From Promethearchaeota archaeon (lineage in GTDB: Archaea > Asgardarchaeota > Lokiarchaeia > Sigyniarchaeales > SOKP01), in the NCBI GenBank assembly GCA_048940925.1, contig JBHLOC010000023.1, positions 1 to 64,000 on the forward strand: 64,000 nt of DNA, in the 5' to 3' direction. The notes beneath the pieces are model-generated. The model did not search any database and was not told the origin of the DNA. It saw nothing but the letters and a program-made list of their open reading frames with translations. The translations under genes and the position numbers were made by a program. Positions 30,035 to 41,024 of this stretch are shown one piece after another (the first letter of the stretch is position 1; the number at the start of each line of letters is the position of its first letter).

Positions 30035-31159
30035 GTGAAAATAGGTACAATAAAAGGTATTGGAATTAAAATTCATTTATCGACGCTTTTAATTGTTGGG
30101 TTAGTAGGTTTTTATGCTGCTAGTTTCTATATTTCAATAAATAATAATGCTCCATTCATTGAGATTTTTACAGTAGGTCTGTTAAATGGATTAATAATTT
30201 TAATTTCAATTCTGATTCATGAATTAAGCCATTCTATTATGGCTCAACGATATGGTCTTGAAGTAAAGGAAATTGAATTATACATATTTGGCGGAGTTTC
30301 TAAAATAGAAGAAGAGCCAAAAACCCCAAATTCAGAAATGCTAATAACTTTTGTTGGTCCTTTATCAAGTTTATTAACAGGAGGGATTTTACTAATAATA
30401 AATCTTTTACCCTTATCTGCTCCCGCTTTAATTTCGTTTACTTTATTTTATTCCGGTATTTCAAATATAGGATTAGGAATTTTTAATTTACTTCCTGCAT
30501 TTCCTATTGATGGAGGAAGAATATTACGTGCTCTTTTATGGAAACGTCGAAATAATTTGATATCTGCTACACGAACTGCATCTAATGTTGGTGTTATAGT
30601 TGGTTATGGTTTAATAGTATATGGAATCTTCCAAATTTTTACATTAGGATTTATAAACGGATTATGGTTAATCTTAATGGGTTCATTTTTAAACTCATCT
30701 GCAAGGCAATCTTATACTCAAACTGTAAATGATGTGGCTCTCTCAAGCATAACTGCAAAGGAAATTGTTAATTTACCCAATTTTAAAATTCCATTTGAAA
30801 TAAATATATTAGAAGCATTACGAAGTTACTTTTTTCCTTATAAAAAATCTTATTTCCCTGTCGTTCAAGACTATAAAATAGTAGGATTAGTTCATATTGA
30901 AGATATCAAAAAAATACCTATAGAACAAAGATCCAATATAATTATTGGATATGTCATGAGAAAAATCTCTGAATTTCCTTATGTAAACATCGACGACACA
31001 GGAAAAGAAGTGATGAAAAAATTAAGAAAATCAGGCAAAAAACCATATATTGGTATTGTACGAGAAAGAGAGAATGGCGCTTTAATAGGATTCATAGCAG
31101 AGGAAGATTTGATTTCTTCATTAAAATTCTGGGATTTAAATCAAAAAAACCTTAATTAA
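30035..31159 (+). CDS. Site-2 protease (M50) with C-terminal CBS domains
   Basis: HELSH, FNLLPAFPIDGGR, CBS-like FPVVQDYKIVGLV. Confidence 0.9.
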   Translation: MKIGTIKGIGIKIHLSTLLIVGLVGFYAASFYISINNNAPFIEIFTVGLLNGLIILISILIHELSHSIMAQRYGLEVKEIELYIFGGVSKIEEEPKTPNSEMLITFVGPLSSLLTGGILLIINLLPLSAPALISFTLFYSGISNIGLGIFNLLPAFPIDGGRILRALLWKRRNNLISATRTASNVGVIVGYGLIVYGIFQIFTLGFINGLWLILMGSFLNSSARQSYTQTVNDVALSSITAKEIVNLPNFKIPFEINILEALRSYFFPYKKSYFPVVQDYKIVGLVHIEDIKKIPIEQRSNIIIGYVMRKISEFPYVNIDDTGKEVMKKLRKSGKKPYIGIVRERENGALIGFIAEEDLISSLKFWDLNQKNLN

Positions 31160-31191
31160 AATTTTTTTAAAAAACAAACTAGATGAAAAAG

Positions 31192-31719
31192 CTAGATAAA
31201 GAAATTTAATTCTTCAATACATACATCTTTTTCAACATCATTTTCAAGAAAGTTAACTTCAACCTTTTTTATTTTATTACCCAATAATTTTTGAAACACT
31301 GTTTCAAAGTATCCCTTATTTACTCTGCAAAATGTTTTACCATAATCTAATCTTTCACGGTTTTTGATGGATTGACGCAAGAAACAATGATTTTCTATGA
31401 TTATTCTATATCTATCAGCATATTGTTCAATATCACGGATTTGCACCGAGTAATATTCTTTTAATTCATCCATTAAAATTACAATAGCTTCCATCATTTC
31501 AAATTCTTCCTTATTATATTCTTTTTTGATTCTCTCTGCTATTATAGTACCTGGAAAGACTCCTATTTGATATAAAATTGAAAGCAGACTATTTCTCCCA
31601 AAAACATCATATACTTTGTATACAAGACTCTCTGTAATAATCTCAAATCCTTTAACAGAATTAATATTTTCAATTGGATTATGAATTCTTTCATTTAATT
31701 TCTTTTTATACTCTTCCAA
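31192..31719 (-). CDS. V4R/Bet3-like domain protein
   Basis: LYQIG...G helix, IIIENHCF, FCRVNKGYFETVF and terminal C resemble the V4R Cys pattern. Confidence 0.6.
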   Translation of the reverse strand: MEEYKKKLNERIHNPIENINSVKGFEIITESLVYKVYDVFGRNSLLSILYQIGVFPGTIIAERIKKEYNKEEFEMMEAIVILMDELKEYYSVQIRDIEQYADRYRIIIENHCFLRQSIKNRERLDYGKTFCRVNKGYFETVFQKLLGNKIKKVEVNFLENDVEKDVCIEELNFFI

Positions 31720-31846
31720 TATTGAGTTCCCCTAATTACAAGAATGAGGTGTGATAACTTTTCTTTTGCTAATAAATAAATATAACATTCAATCTATTTA
31801 AAAATATAATTTAAAAAAAAAAAATTCGTTATATTGTAATAGAAAT

Positions 31847-32593
31847 TTATAATATCGCTGTTTTTCTCTGAAATAAAACAATGCCAATCACTATTAATCC
31901 TAGTCCCCACAGAGCGACGTAAATTAAATTTAATCCAACCACATCAAATGCAATACTACCCTCAAGCATTACAGCAACCATAGCTTCTTTAGCTAAAGAT
32001 GTAGGTATAAAGTTTATAATAGGATCAGTAAGTAATCCGCCCAAAAACTGGAGAGGTAAAATGATAAACCAGGCTATACCTGAAGCTGATCCACCAGATT
32101 TAACAAATGATGCAAGTAATAGACCAAATCCAAGAGATACAAATGCAACCAAGAATGGAATAAAGAATAATAAGAATATATTAGCATTAGAATTAAAATA
32201 AGCCCCGAACAATAAACACAATAATAGCATAATAATAATTTGTATTGTTCCTACTATTAATTGTGAAGCCATACCTGAAGCTAATACTGCTGAACGTGAG
32301 ACAGGAGTAGTTATTAGGCGTTGTAATGTTCCTGATTCTTTTTCTTCAGCAAAATGACTTGCTAATTGTGAAATTAATACAATTGGAGCTAATATTATAA
32401 TACCTGGAGCAAATAGTTCAAATACCGTATATGGTGTTCCTTCAACAAGTCCTTCTCCATATCCAAACCTTAATAAGAGTATGAAAACAAATGGATACCC
32501 TAAAATCCATATTACTTGAAATTTGTCGCGGATCATGGATTTAAAATTTTTAATAGTTAAGTACCATACCTGTTTGGTGAATTTGGGTTCCAT
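31847..32593 (-). CDS. ABC-2 type permease
   Basis: EEKESGTLQRLITTPVSR; six TMs. Confidence 0.9.
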   Translation of the reverse strand: MEPKFTKQVWYLTIKNFKSMIRDKFQVIWILGYPFVFILLLRFGYGEGLVEGTPYTVFELFAPGIIILAPIVLISQLASHFAEEKESGTLQRLITTPVSRSAVLASGMASQLIVGTIQIIIMLLLCLLFGAYFNSNANIFLLFFIPFLVAFVSLGFGLLLASFVKSGGSASGIAWFIILPLQFLGGLLTDPIINFIPTSLAKEAMVAVMLEGSIAFDVVGLNLIYVALWGLGLIVIGIVLFQRKTAIL

Positions 32594-33531
32594 TAATCTC
32601 TCAACCTCCTACCTGTTAAATCAATAAATACATCTTCCAATGTATTTTTACGAACAGAAATATCTTCCATTCTTACTACAACTTTATCCATAATTTCAGA
32701 TACCCGCCTTAATCCATCGAGAGCATTAAGAACAACTCTGTGCTTTCCAACAGACTTTCCCCATCTAACAAAATCTAAAGTCTTTACTCGCTCAATTATT
32801 TCTTCTCTCTGGTCTGCTTCTTTAACTTTGAATTCTAATATATCTCCTTCACCTAATTTTCCTTTTAATTCTTCAGGAGTGCCTTGAGCAATAATCTTTC
32901 CATAATCAATTATAACTAGTTCATCTGAAAGATCATCTGCTTCTTCCATGCTATGTGTTGTTAATATAATTGTACTTTCTTTTTCTTGAAAATCTCGAAT
33001 AAAATCCCATACAACTCGCCGTGATTGAGGATCAAGTCCAGCTGTGGGCTCATCAAAAAATAATAGTTCTGGTTCATGAATCACAGCCATTAGCACGTTT
33101 ATTCGTCGTTTCATTCCACCAGAAAAGTTTTTAACTAAATCACCAGAACGATCTAATAAATTCATTTTTCCTAATAATTCATCTGTTCTTTCTTTATAAT
33201 CTTTTTTTACCATCCCGTGCATTTGTGCAATTAGATGAATATTCTCTTTTGCATTTAATCGCGGATAAATTACAAGTTCTTGAGGACATACCCCAATACG
33301 TTTTCTAATTTCACGAGCTTCTTTTCTGATATCAAAACCTAATACTTTAGCATCTCCGTCAGTAGGGTGTAAAACAGTTGACAACATTCTAATTGTGGTT
33401 GTTTTACCTGCTCCATTTGGTCCAAGAACACCATATAATGAACCTTTTAGTATTTTTAAATCTATTCCATCCACAGCATGAATATCATCAAAATACTTTT
33501 TTAAATTGTTGGTTTCAATCGCTATTTCCAT
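32593..33531 (-). CDS. ABC transporter ATP-binding protein (DrrA-like)
   Basis: GPNGAGKTT, FSGGMKRR, DEPTAGLD, TTH, TLEDVF. Confidence 0.93.
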   Translation of the reverse strand: MEIAIETNNLKKYFDDIHAVDGIDLKILKGSLYGVLGPNGAGKTTTIRMLSTVLHPTDGDAKVLGFDIRKEAREIRKRIGVCPQELVIYPRLNAKENIHLIAQMHGMVKKDYKERTDELLGKMNLLDRSGDLVKNFSGGMKRRINVLMAVIHEPELLFFDEPTAGLDPQSRRVVWDFIRDFQEKESTIILTTHSMEEADDLSDELVIIDYGKIIAQGTPEELKGKLGEGDILEFKVKEADQREEIIERVKTLDFVRWGKSVGKHRVVLNALDGLRRVSEIMDKVVVRMEDISVRKNTLEDVFIDLTGRRLRD

Positions 33532-33666
33532 AAAAATCCCTCTATTAAAAATTATAATAGATAGTGTTTGTTTTAATTTTTTTAAATATAAATCTTTCCA
33601 ATACCTTACAAGAATGATTAAGAATATTTTATGATAAAAAGTTCCGTTAATAAAGAAGAAAGAAGA

Positions 33667-34149
33667 TCATGGAGAGTTGTTTAAAAAAATAATTTTATCT
33701 ATTGCTTTCTTAACGTTCTTGTCAATATTCTTTAAAACATTTCTATAAGTAGCACTTGAAGTAAAATAAGGATCGATTATATCTAGGTCTTCCATTTCTC
33801 CGTTAAATTTTCTTAATGTACAAGTTTTTTTATCAATATTTTTGATGTTATTAAAACGACTTTTAATATCTTTAGAATGTTTTCTTTCCATTGTAAGGAT
33901 TAAATCTTGGTTTTTTAATAAAGAATGAGTAATTAATTGAGGATGAAAATCTGAGTGATCAATATTTTTTAAATTTAAATATTCTTGAGACTCTCTTTGC
34001 ATATATGAAAACGCATTTATAAATCCAGCACTGCTAAAAATTAGATCAACGTTACTTCTTTTAGCATAATAACGAGCTAGGTATTCAGCTGCAGGAGATC
34101 GTGCCGTATTTCCTAAACATACAAAGAGAACATGCTTAATTTTATTCAT
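33667..34149 (-). CDS. Low-molecular-weight protein tyrosine phosphatase family
   Basis: P-loop CLGNTARS; DIIDPY. Confidence 0.88.
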   Translation of the reverse strand: MNKIKHVLFVCLGNTARSPAAEYLARYYAKRSNVDLIFSSAGFINAFSYMQRESQEYLNLKNIDHSDFHPQLITHSLLKNQDLILTMERKHSKDIKSRFNNIKNIDKKTCTLRKFNGEMEDLDIIDPYFTSSATYRNVLKNIDKNVKKAIDKIIFLNNSP

Positions 34150-34274
34150 ACTATATCAATTATGAAAAAAACTTGAAATTTAATTAAAATTTATGGTTAA
34201 AATTCTAACAAAAGTATTAAATAAAATAAAACCTCTAAAGAGTAATAATAATAATTATTTTTTGAATATTTAAA

Positions 34275-35918
34275 ATGAAAAGTGAATCCGTTAAACAATG
34301 GTTTATTAGAGTATTTGTAAGAGATATCAACATACCTAAGAACACATGGATTTATTTATTCTTCTCTTTACTTTCTATTGTATTGGTTGCTGAATCTTTT
34401 TTATTTAGATATACAGTTATAACTGGTGGAGTGTTGTTTGTACAGATTGAAATTTATATTTTTTTACTCATACTTGCTATTAGTTTTATTATATCTGGTA
34501 TTGTTGTTGATTTAATTAAGAACAGAACAAAATATTTCAATTTAATGCTATTATTCTGTATTATTGGGCTTTTTCTAAGTGCTTTTCAGGGAACGATTAT
34601 ATATTATATAGGATTATTAATTATACTCTTAACGATTCCTCAATTAGTTATATTATGGTTCACTATATTTGTTCATGAAACTAATATATTAAATCGGGGC
34701 AGAGTAGCGGCTTATTTATTGATCTCTTGTTTTTCCTTAGGATACATTTCTGTTGTTTTTATATTGTTTGACTTTTTATATATTTATTTCAGCCTTTTAG
34801 AATTCGGACTTTTAATAGTTATTTTATGGGCTTCCCGCAAGTACTCATATATAGAGACCCCAAAAAGATTAAAATCAGACAAGAAATACTTCAAAATTAT
34901 TTTTGAAAAGCATTTTTTTAGATATTCTTCAAGCTTTACAATATTAAGTTTTATTTTGGGAGATTTAATCGCAAGATATACTTTTGAAGTTGATCTTTTA
35001 ATTTATGCAATCGCATCTTTTTCCTATATTATAGCTGCAGGTTGTTTTTTAGATAATATCGGTCGTAAAACTTCAATTGTATTGGGAATTTACGTTCTTT
35101 CATTTTTTCTTATATCTTATGGCTCATATATTAACGCTGATTATATTTTTGGTATGCCTAGAAAAACATTTCTCTCAATTCACTATGGTTTCTCGATATT
35201 ACCTCTTTTGCTTGCAATCTTTACAATTTCGGGAGATTTTTCAACAGAACGAGGGAATTTAAAATTTAGGGGACGTATAAATGGTCTATTTATGTCATTA
35301 TTATTTTTTGGAGCAATAATGGGATTTGTATTTAGTCGTTGGCTAAATGATATATACAGTAGATTTCCAGTTTTATACGAATATTTGCCTAATATCCCAG
35401 ATCTTTTAAATGGATTTATCCTAGTTGCTCTTTTAGTGTGGATGATGGCAATGAAAGAGTTTTTAGTCTCTACAGATAAGAATTGGGCAAAAACATTGAA
35501 AAATATCTTTATTCTTAATAAACATGGAGTATGTCTTTATCATCACAGTTTTGAACATAAAGACTTGTTTAAAGAAGAAGAAGAACACTCTGAATTAGAT
35601 GAAGATCTTATATCAGGAGTTTTATCAGGAGTGATTTCTATAATATCTGAAATAACACGTAGCAAAAAACAGCTGAGACAAATCCAAAAAGAAGAGGCTA
35701 CTTTAATATTTGCATATGGAAAATATCATATTATTGCTTTAATCGTATCTATGGAATTGCCAGTTCTATTTAAAAAACTGGATGAATTCTCAAGAGAGTT
35801 TGAACAGAAATTTAGTAAAGAGCTAAAAAATTTCAAGGGAAATGTTCAGCGTTTTGATCCGACCAAATTTCTTGTAGTGAAGTATTTCAGTCAGAAATAC
35901 GGAGAAATTGCTGAATAA
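34275..35918 (+). CDS. MFS-fold membrane protein with C-terminal longin domain (paralog 1)
   Basis: 11-12 TMs; motif-A-like GCFLDNIGRK; C-terminal IFILNKHGVCLY...DEDLISGVLSGV...FEQKF. Confidence 0.7.
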   Translation: MKSESVKQWFIRVFVRDINIPKNTWIYLFFSLLSIVLVAESFLFRYTVITGGVLFVQIEIYIFLLILAISFIISGIVVDLIKNRTKYFNLMLLFCIIGLFLSAFQGTIIYYIGLLIILLTIPQLVILWFTIFVHETNILNRGRVAAYLLISCFSLGYISVVFILFDFLYIYFSLLEFGLLIVILWASRKYSYIETPKRLKSDKKYFKIIFEKHFFRYSSSFTILSFILGDLIARYTFEVDLLIYAIASFSYIIAAGCFLDNIGRKTSIVLGIYVLSFFLISYGSYINADYIFGMPRKTFLSIHYGFSILPLLLAIFTISGDFSTERGNLKFRGRINGLFMSLLFFGAIMGFVFSRWLNDIYSRFPVLYEYLPNIPDLLNGFILVALLVWMMAMKEFLVSTDKNWAKTLKNIFILNKHGVCLYHHSFEHKDLFKEEEEHSELDEDLISGVLSGVISIISEITRSKKQLRQIQKEEATLIFAYGKYHIIALIVSMELPVLFKKLDEFSREFEQKFSKELKNFKGNVQRFDPTKFLVVKYFSQKYGEIAE

Positions 35919-36150
35919 AATATTCAGTAATATTCATATCTTTTCTTTAGATCTAATAAAAAGTTCATATAAATGAATCAATTTTTACAGCTGTTCTTAT
36001 CAAGATTTAGCCATAAAATTAAATAAAAAAGCATACTAACAGATAATGCAAATATTAAATTTATGAAATTCAGATCTTAACTAAATATTATAAACTATAG
36101 TAAATAAAATAATATCTATTAGATTTAGATATATCTATAATGCGTTCAAG

Positions 36151-37791
36151 ATGAAAAGGAGTGTCAAAGACAGGTTTATCAAAACATTTGCTAGAGATGT
36201 AGAAATAGATAGAAACATATTCTTTTACTTATTTTTTACATTTCTGGCAGTTATATTTATAGTTGAATATTTCATCATTAAATCATTAATTAACATGCAG
36301 AAGGGATTAACACGGGAGCTTCCAGCGATTTATATTCTTTTAATAATCTCACTCATTTTTCTATTGTCTGGTTTTCTTGTTGATATCATTAAAAATAAGA
36401 CACGATTATATATCGCAGCTCTTCTTATTTGCATAATAGGTTTATGTTTAACTTTTCATCCGTCTCCCCTCATAGATCTTTTTAGCATATTAATTATCCT
36501 ATTTACAATACCAATATTAATAATTGTATGGTTTTCAACTTTAATCCATGAAACGAATATTTTAAATCGATCAAGAATTACTGCCATAATATTAGTATTT
36601 TCTTTCCTATTTGGTTTGATCAACCTTATCTTTGTATTTTTCAAAGATTTTTTCATATTTCTTATAATTATAGAGTTTATATTTTTGATAATTATCGTAT
36701 TATATTCAAAAAACTATCAATATATTGAAACTGAAGAGAGACTTAAATCTGAAAAGAAATATTTGAAAATAATTTTTGAGAAGCATTTCTCTAGATATTC
36801 AATTAGTTTGGCCTTGTTAAGTGGTCTTTTAGGAGGATTATTGTATACTACCATAGATATATTTGACAGATTTGAGATAGATATTATTACATTTTCTATT
36901 ATATCGTTTTTTTATGTTCTAGCAGCAGGTTGGTTCTTTGATAATATTGGTCGAAAGACAACTCTAGTCATCGGGATTTTGATTGTATCTTTTTTTTATA
37001 TAACACATGGTTCTTTTTATCATGCTCCTATGCCAAGTATATTTGGTATCCCCCTAAATATCCATATATCTATTCATTATGCGTTCGCGATTCTTCCACT
37101 TATATTAGCAATATTTACGATATCTGGAGATTTTTCGACTGAAAGAGGTAACTTGAAATATAGAGGCGCTATTAATGGACTTTTTTTGGCTTTAATGTGT
37201 TTTGGTATCGCATTAGGTTATTTATTATATCGATTAATTAATTTGATCCCCGAAATAGAAGAATGGGCACCAAATTTACCAAATCTGTTAAACTCATTTG
37301 TTTTAGTTATTGTATTAGTGTGGATGATGGCAGGAAAAGAAATCCTAATCTCAAAAGAAAGGGAATGGGCTTCTTCTATCAAACAACTTTATGTATTAAA
37401 TTATCATGGGGTGTGCCTTTACCATAAAAACTTTGAACTAAAGGAAAAGAATAAAGATAAGCATGATATAGATGAAGATCTTGTATCAGGCACTCTTTCA
37501 GGAATAGTAACAATCGTAACAGAAATAACAAAAAGTAAAAAACATCTTAGAAAGATAATTAAGGAAAATAACTATTTTTATTTTTCATACGGAAAATATC
37601 ATATTGCAACTTTAATATCAAGTTTAGAATTACCCGTTTTATTAAAAAAACTTGATGAATTTTCAGGAGAATTTGAGGAATCCTTTGTAGAAGATCTTAA
37701 AAATTTTCAAGGAAATGTCACACGGTTTGAACCAACTAAGTATTTAGTTAAGAAATACTTTGAACAAAAACATATCTTACTTGGTAAGTAA
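36151..37791 (+). CDS. MFS-fold membrane protein with C-terminal longin domain (paralog 2)
   Basis: Shares HETNILNR, IIFEKHF, DNIGRKT, FTISGDFSTERGNLK and YGKYHI with paralog 1. Confidence 0.7.
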   Translation: MKRSVKDRFIKTFARDVEIDRNIFFYLFFTFLAVIFIVEYFIIKSLINMQKGLTRELPAIYILLIISLIFLLSGFLVDIIKNKTRLYIAALLICIIGLCLTFHPSPLIDLFSILIILFTIPILIIVWFSTLIHETNILNRSRITAIILVFSFLFGLINLIFVFFKDFFIFLIIIEFIFLIIIVLYSKNYQYIETEERLKSEKKYLKIIFEKHFSRYSISLALLSGLLGGLLYTTIDIFDRFEIDIITFSIISFFYVLAAGWFFDNIGRKTTLVIGILIVSFFYITHGSFYHAPMPSIFGIPLNIHISIHYAFAILPLILAIFTISGDFSTERGNLKYRGAINGLFLALMCFGIALGYLLYRLINLIPEIEEWAPNLPNLLNSFVLVIVLVWMMAGKEILISKEREWASSIKQLYVLNYHGVCLYHKNFELKEKNKDKHDIDEDLVSGTLSGIVTIVTEITKSKKHLRKIIKENNYFYFSYGKYHIATLISSLELPVLLKKLDEFSGEFEESFVEDLKNFQGNVTRFEPTKYLVKKYFEQKHILLGK

Positions 37792-37805
37792 TTTAACATT
37801 AATTT

Positions 37806-38300
37806 TTATGATTTATTAATTTCAATAATTTTCCTAAGAGTATTTATAACACCCTTTTCAATTCGCTCAAGAACCATATTATATTCTTGTTGAGGTAAAT
37901 AAAATGGATCTTTAATCTCTAAATTCTCTTTTTCTCCGGCAAAAGTTAATAATAAATATAATTTCTTATCAAGATTTTCAAGATTTTTAAACTTTCTTTT
38001 CAATTTGTTAATATGGTGCTTTTGTTCGAATCCTAAAATTAGATCTTGTTTTTCCAATAATTGAATATCAATTTTTTTTGTTTTAAAATCCCCAATCTCT
38101 ATACCTTTAGATTTTAAATAATTGATAGTTTTTGGTTGAGCAGTTTTATAGTAATGATAGATCCCAGCAGAATCGAATTCGACTTCCTTTAATTCTTTTT
38201 TATATACTGTATTTTTTAGCCAATTTGCATATGCTTCAGCAAATGGGCTTCTACAAGTATTTCCTGCACAATAAAAGAGGACATGTTTTATCTTTGCCAT
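37806..38300 (-). CDS. Low-molecular-weight protein tyrosine phosphatase family
   Basis: CAGNTCRS; EIKDPF. Confidence 0.88.
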   Translation of the reverse strand: MAKIKHVLFYCAGNTCRSPFAEAYANWLKNTVYKKELKEVEFDSAGIYHYYKTAQPKTINYLKSKGIEIGDFKTKKIDIQLLEKQDLILGFEQKHHINKLKRKFKNLENLDKKLYLLLTFAGEKENLEIKDPFYLPQQEYNMVLERIEKGVINTLRKIIEINKS

Positions 38301-38521
38301 TTAAATCATTTCCCAATCTTACTTGATCTTGAATTTATACTTTCAAAAAAAATTTTTGATTGACTTCAAAAGTGAATAAAATTATGAACAAAACAATGAA
38401 TAAGAACTTAGCAGTTAATTGAAATAACCATGGATTGTGAAAAAAATACAGAATTTAATTTTCTAAGAAATAAATTTTTAATGTGATTATTTGTATTTTA
38501 ATATAAGTTTCTATTTTATTA

Positions 38522-40114
38522 TTGGAAAAAAGTAAAAGTCTATTGAAGTCAAAAACAGATTTTTTAATTATTGGGAGCGGAATTTCTGGGCTATCCTTAG
38601 CTCTTTATCTTTCAAAATTAGTTCCAGATGAAAGAATTTTATTAATCACCAAGGAAAGCCTTCACCAAAGTAGTACCTATAATGCTCAGGGAGGGATTGC
38701 TTGCGTCTGGAATAATAATGATAATTTTGAAAAGCATATACAAGATACTTTAATTGCAGGAGATGGATTATGTGATGAAAAAGTAGTAAGGCATATTATT
38801 ACTCAAGCTCCAGAAAGAATAAAAGACTTAATAGATTTCGGTGTGGAATTTAATAGAAATGAAGATGGTGAATTTAATCTTGGACAAGAAGGGGGACATT
38901 CAGAAAGAAGAATACTCCATGTAAACGATCAAACAGGTCAGACCATCGAACAAACTTTAATAAAAAATGTAAAAAAAATAACAAATCTTGAAATTAAGGA
39001 AAAATGGTGTGCGGTTAATTTATATGTTAAAAATTTAAAATGTCATGGTGCGTATGTTTTAGATCAGGAAACTGATGAAATTTATAATATTGCTTCAAAA
39101 GCTACCATTTTAGCCACAGGAGGTGCAGGTAAGATATATCTTTACACCACTAATCCCGACATAATTTCGGGAGATGGTATTGCAATGGCGTATCGAGCAG
39201 GTGCTATGATATCTAACATGGAATTTTATCAGTTTCACCCTACCTGTTTGTATCATCCTTATGCAAAAGCATTTTTAATCACAGAAGCATTAAGAGGTGA
39301 AGGGGCAATCTTAAAAGATTTTAGGGGAAATGAATTTATGCAAAAATATCATCCACAAAAAGATTTAGCCCCACGTGATATTGTATCAAGAGCTATTGAT
39401 GCAGAACTAAAAAAGTCTGGAGATGATTATGTCTACCTAGATATTGCATCCTATAGAGATCCTAATTTCATTAAAGATCATTTTCCTGGAATCTATGAAA
39501 AATGCTTAGAGTTTAATATAGATATTACAAATGAACCTATTCCAGTAGTTCCCGCAGCACATTATTGTTGTGGAGGTGTGAAGGCTGGAATTGATGGTAC
39601 TACAGATATAAAAAATCTTTTTGTCATTGGGGAAGCTTCATGTACAGGATTTCATGGAGCAAATAGATTAGCAAGTAATTCATTACTTGAAGGTTTAGTT
39701 GGAGCATATGAATGTGCAAATTATTTATCAAAACACATTTCTAATTTAAAGATCAAGGATTTTATTGAATGGGAGCATGGTAATGCTGTTCCTTCAACTG
39801 AAGCAGTAGTAATAACACAGAATTGGGATGAAATAAGAACTTTAATGCAAAATTTTGTAGGAATCGTCAGATCAGATATGCGACTTAAAAACGCACTTAA
39901 AAGAATAAACTTATTTTCAGAAGAAATTGATTTCTATTACTGGAATTATAAGATTGAGAAGAATTTAATAGAGTTAAGAAATCTATCTATGGTAGCTGAA
40001 ATCATAATCAGATGTGCCTTATCTAGAAAAGAAAGTAGAGGAACTCATTTTAATGAGAATCACCCCATTAGATTAAAGTTAGCAAGAAATTCTTACATAA
40101 AAAGACCTTGGTAA
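38522..40114 (+). CDS. nadB: L-aspartate oxidase
   Basis: IIGSGISG, AQGGIA, EGGHSERRILH, QFHPT, TEALRGEG, AAHY, HGANRLASNSLLE, ESRGTH. Confidence 0.93.
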   Translation: MEKSKSLLKSKTDFLIIGSGISGLSLALYLSKLVPDERILLITKESLHQSSTYNAQGGIACVWNNNDNFEKHIQDTLIAGDGLCDEKVVRHIITQAPERIKDLIDFGVEFNRNEDGEFNLGQEGGHSERRILHVNDQTGQTIEQTLIKNVKKITNLEIKEKWCAVNLYVKNLKCHGAYVLDQETDEIYNIASKATILATGGAGKIYLYTTNPDIISGDGIAMAYRAGAMISNMEFYQFHPTCLYHPYAKAFLITEALRGEGAILKDFRGNEFMQKYHPQKDLAPRDIVSRAIDAELKKSGDDYVYLDIASYRDPNFIKDHFPGIYEKCLEFNIDITNEPIPVVPAAHYCCGGVKAGIDGTTDIKNLFVIGEASCTGFHGANRLASNSLLEGLVGAYECANYLSKHISNLKIKDFIEWEHGNAVPSTEAVVITQNWDEIRTLMQNFVGIVRSDMRLKNALKRINLFSEEIDFYYWNYKIEKNLIELRNLSMVAEIIIRCALSRKESRGTHFNENHPIRLKLARNSYIKRPW

Positions 40115-40199
40115 GAATAATTTACCTTATAGAACTATAATTTTAAATTCTTACTCTCATTTATATTGATAAACTTAAACTTAAAGATTTTGAGCCTTA

Positions 40200-41003
40200 A
40201 TGTCGAATATTGGCAAGAATATTAGGATAGAACGAATAATCGATCGGAAAAGTAAGAGAACTATTATAATTCCCATGGATCATGGACTCACACTGGGAAC
40301 TATTAAAGGTCTTGAAAATATTGCTAAAATGGTTGACGAAGTTGCACGAGGAGGAGCAAATGCAGTGTTAATGCATTCAGGGATGGTCGGAGCAGGACAT
40401 CGCCAATATGGAAAAGATATTGGTTTAATTATACATTTATCTGGAGCTACAACTTTAGCACCCGATCCAGATAGAAAAGTACTTGTCTGTTCTGTAGAAA
40501 GAGCATTAAAAATGGGTGCTGATGGTGTTTCCATCCATATTAATATAGGTGCCGATGAAGAACCTGAAATGCTCCAAGATGCAAGTAAAGTAGTAGAAGC
40601 TTCAAGAGTATGGGGTATGCCATTGGTGGCAATGATGTACCCTAGAGGAAAAAAAATAATAGATGAGAACGATCCAGAAGTTGTAAATATAGCTGTAAGA
40701 GCAGGAGTTGAATTGGGAGCTGATATTATTAAAACAAATTATACAGGAGATATAGATTCCTTTCAATATATAGTTAAAAGTGTTCATCCTCCAGTAATAA
40801 TTGCTGGAGGTCCTAAAATGGATACAATTCCAGATTTGTTCCAAATGGTCTATGATTCAATTCAAGCGGGAGGAGCTGGTGTAGCATTTGGTCGAAACAT
40901 ATTTCAGTCGGAAGATCCAGCAAAAATTGTTTCAGGGATCTCGAAAATCGTTCATGAAAATTACACTGTCGATGAAGTTTTAAAAGAGTATAAATTTGCA
41001 TAA
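40200..41003 (+). CDS. aroA': 2-amino-3,7-dideoxy-D-threo-hept-6-ulosonate synthase (class I DhnA-type aldolase)
   Basis: [48 protein letters not shown]. Confidence 0.8.
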   Translation: MSNIGKNIRIERIIDRKSKRTIIIPMDHGLTLGTIKGLENIAKMVDEVARGGANAVLMHSGMVGAGHRQYGKDIGLIIHLSGATTLAPDPDRKVLVCSVERALKMGADGVSIHINIGADEEPEMLQDASKVVEASRVWGMPLVAMMYPRGKKIIDENDPEVVNIAVRAGVELGADIIKTNYTGDIDSFQYIVKSVHPPVIIAGGPKMDTIPDLFQMVYDSIQAGGAGVAFGRNIFQSEDPAKIVSGISKIVHENYTVDEVLKEYKFA

Positions 41004-41024
41004 CAGAAAAAAACAATTACAAAC

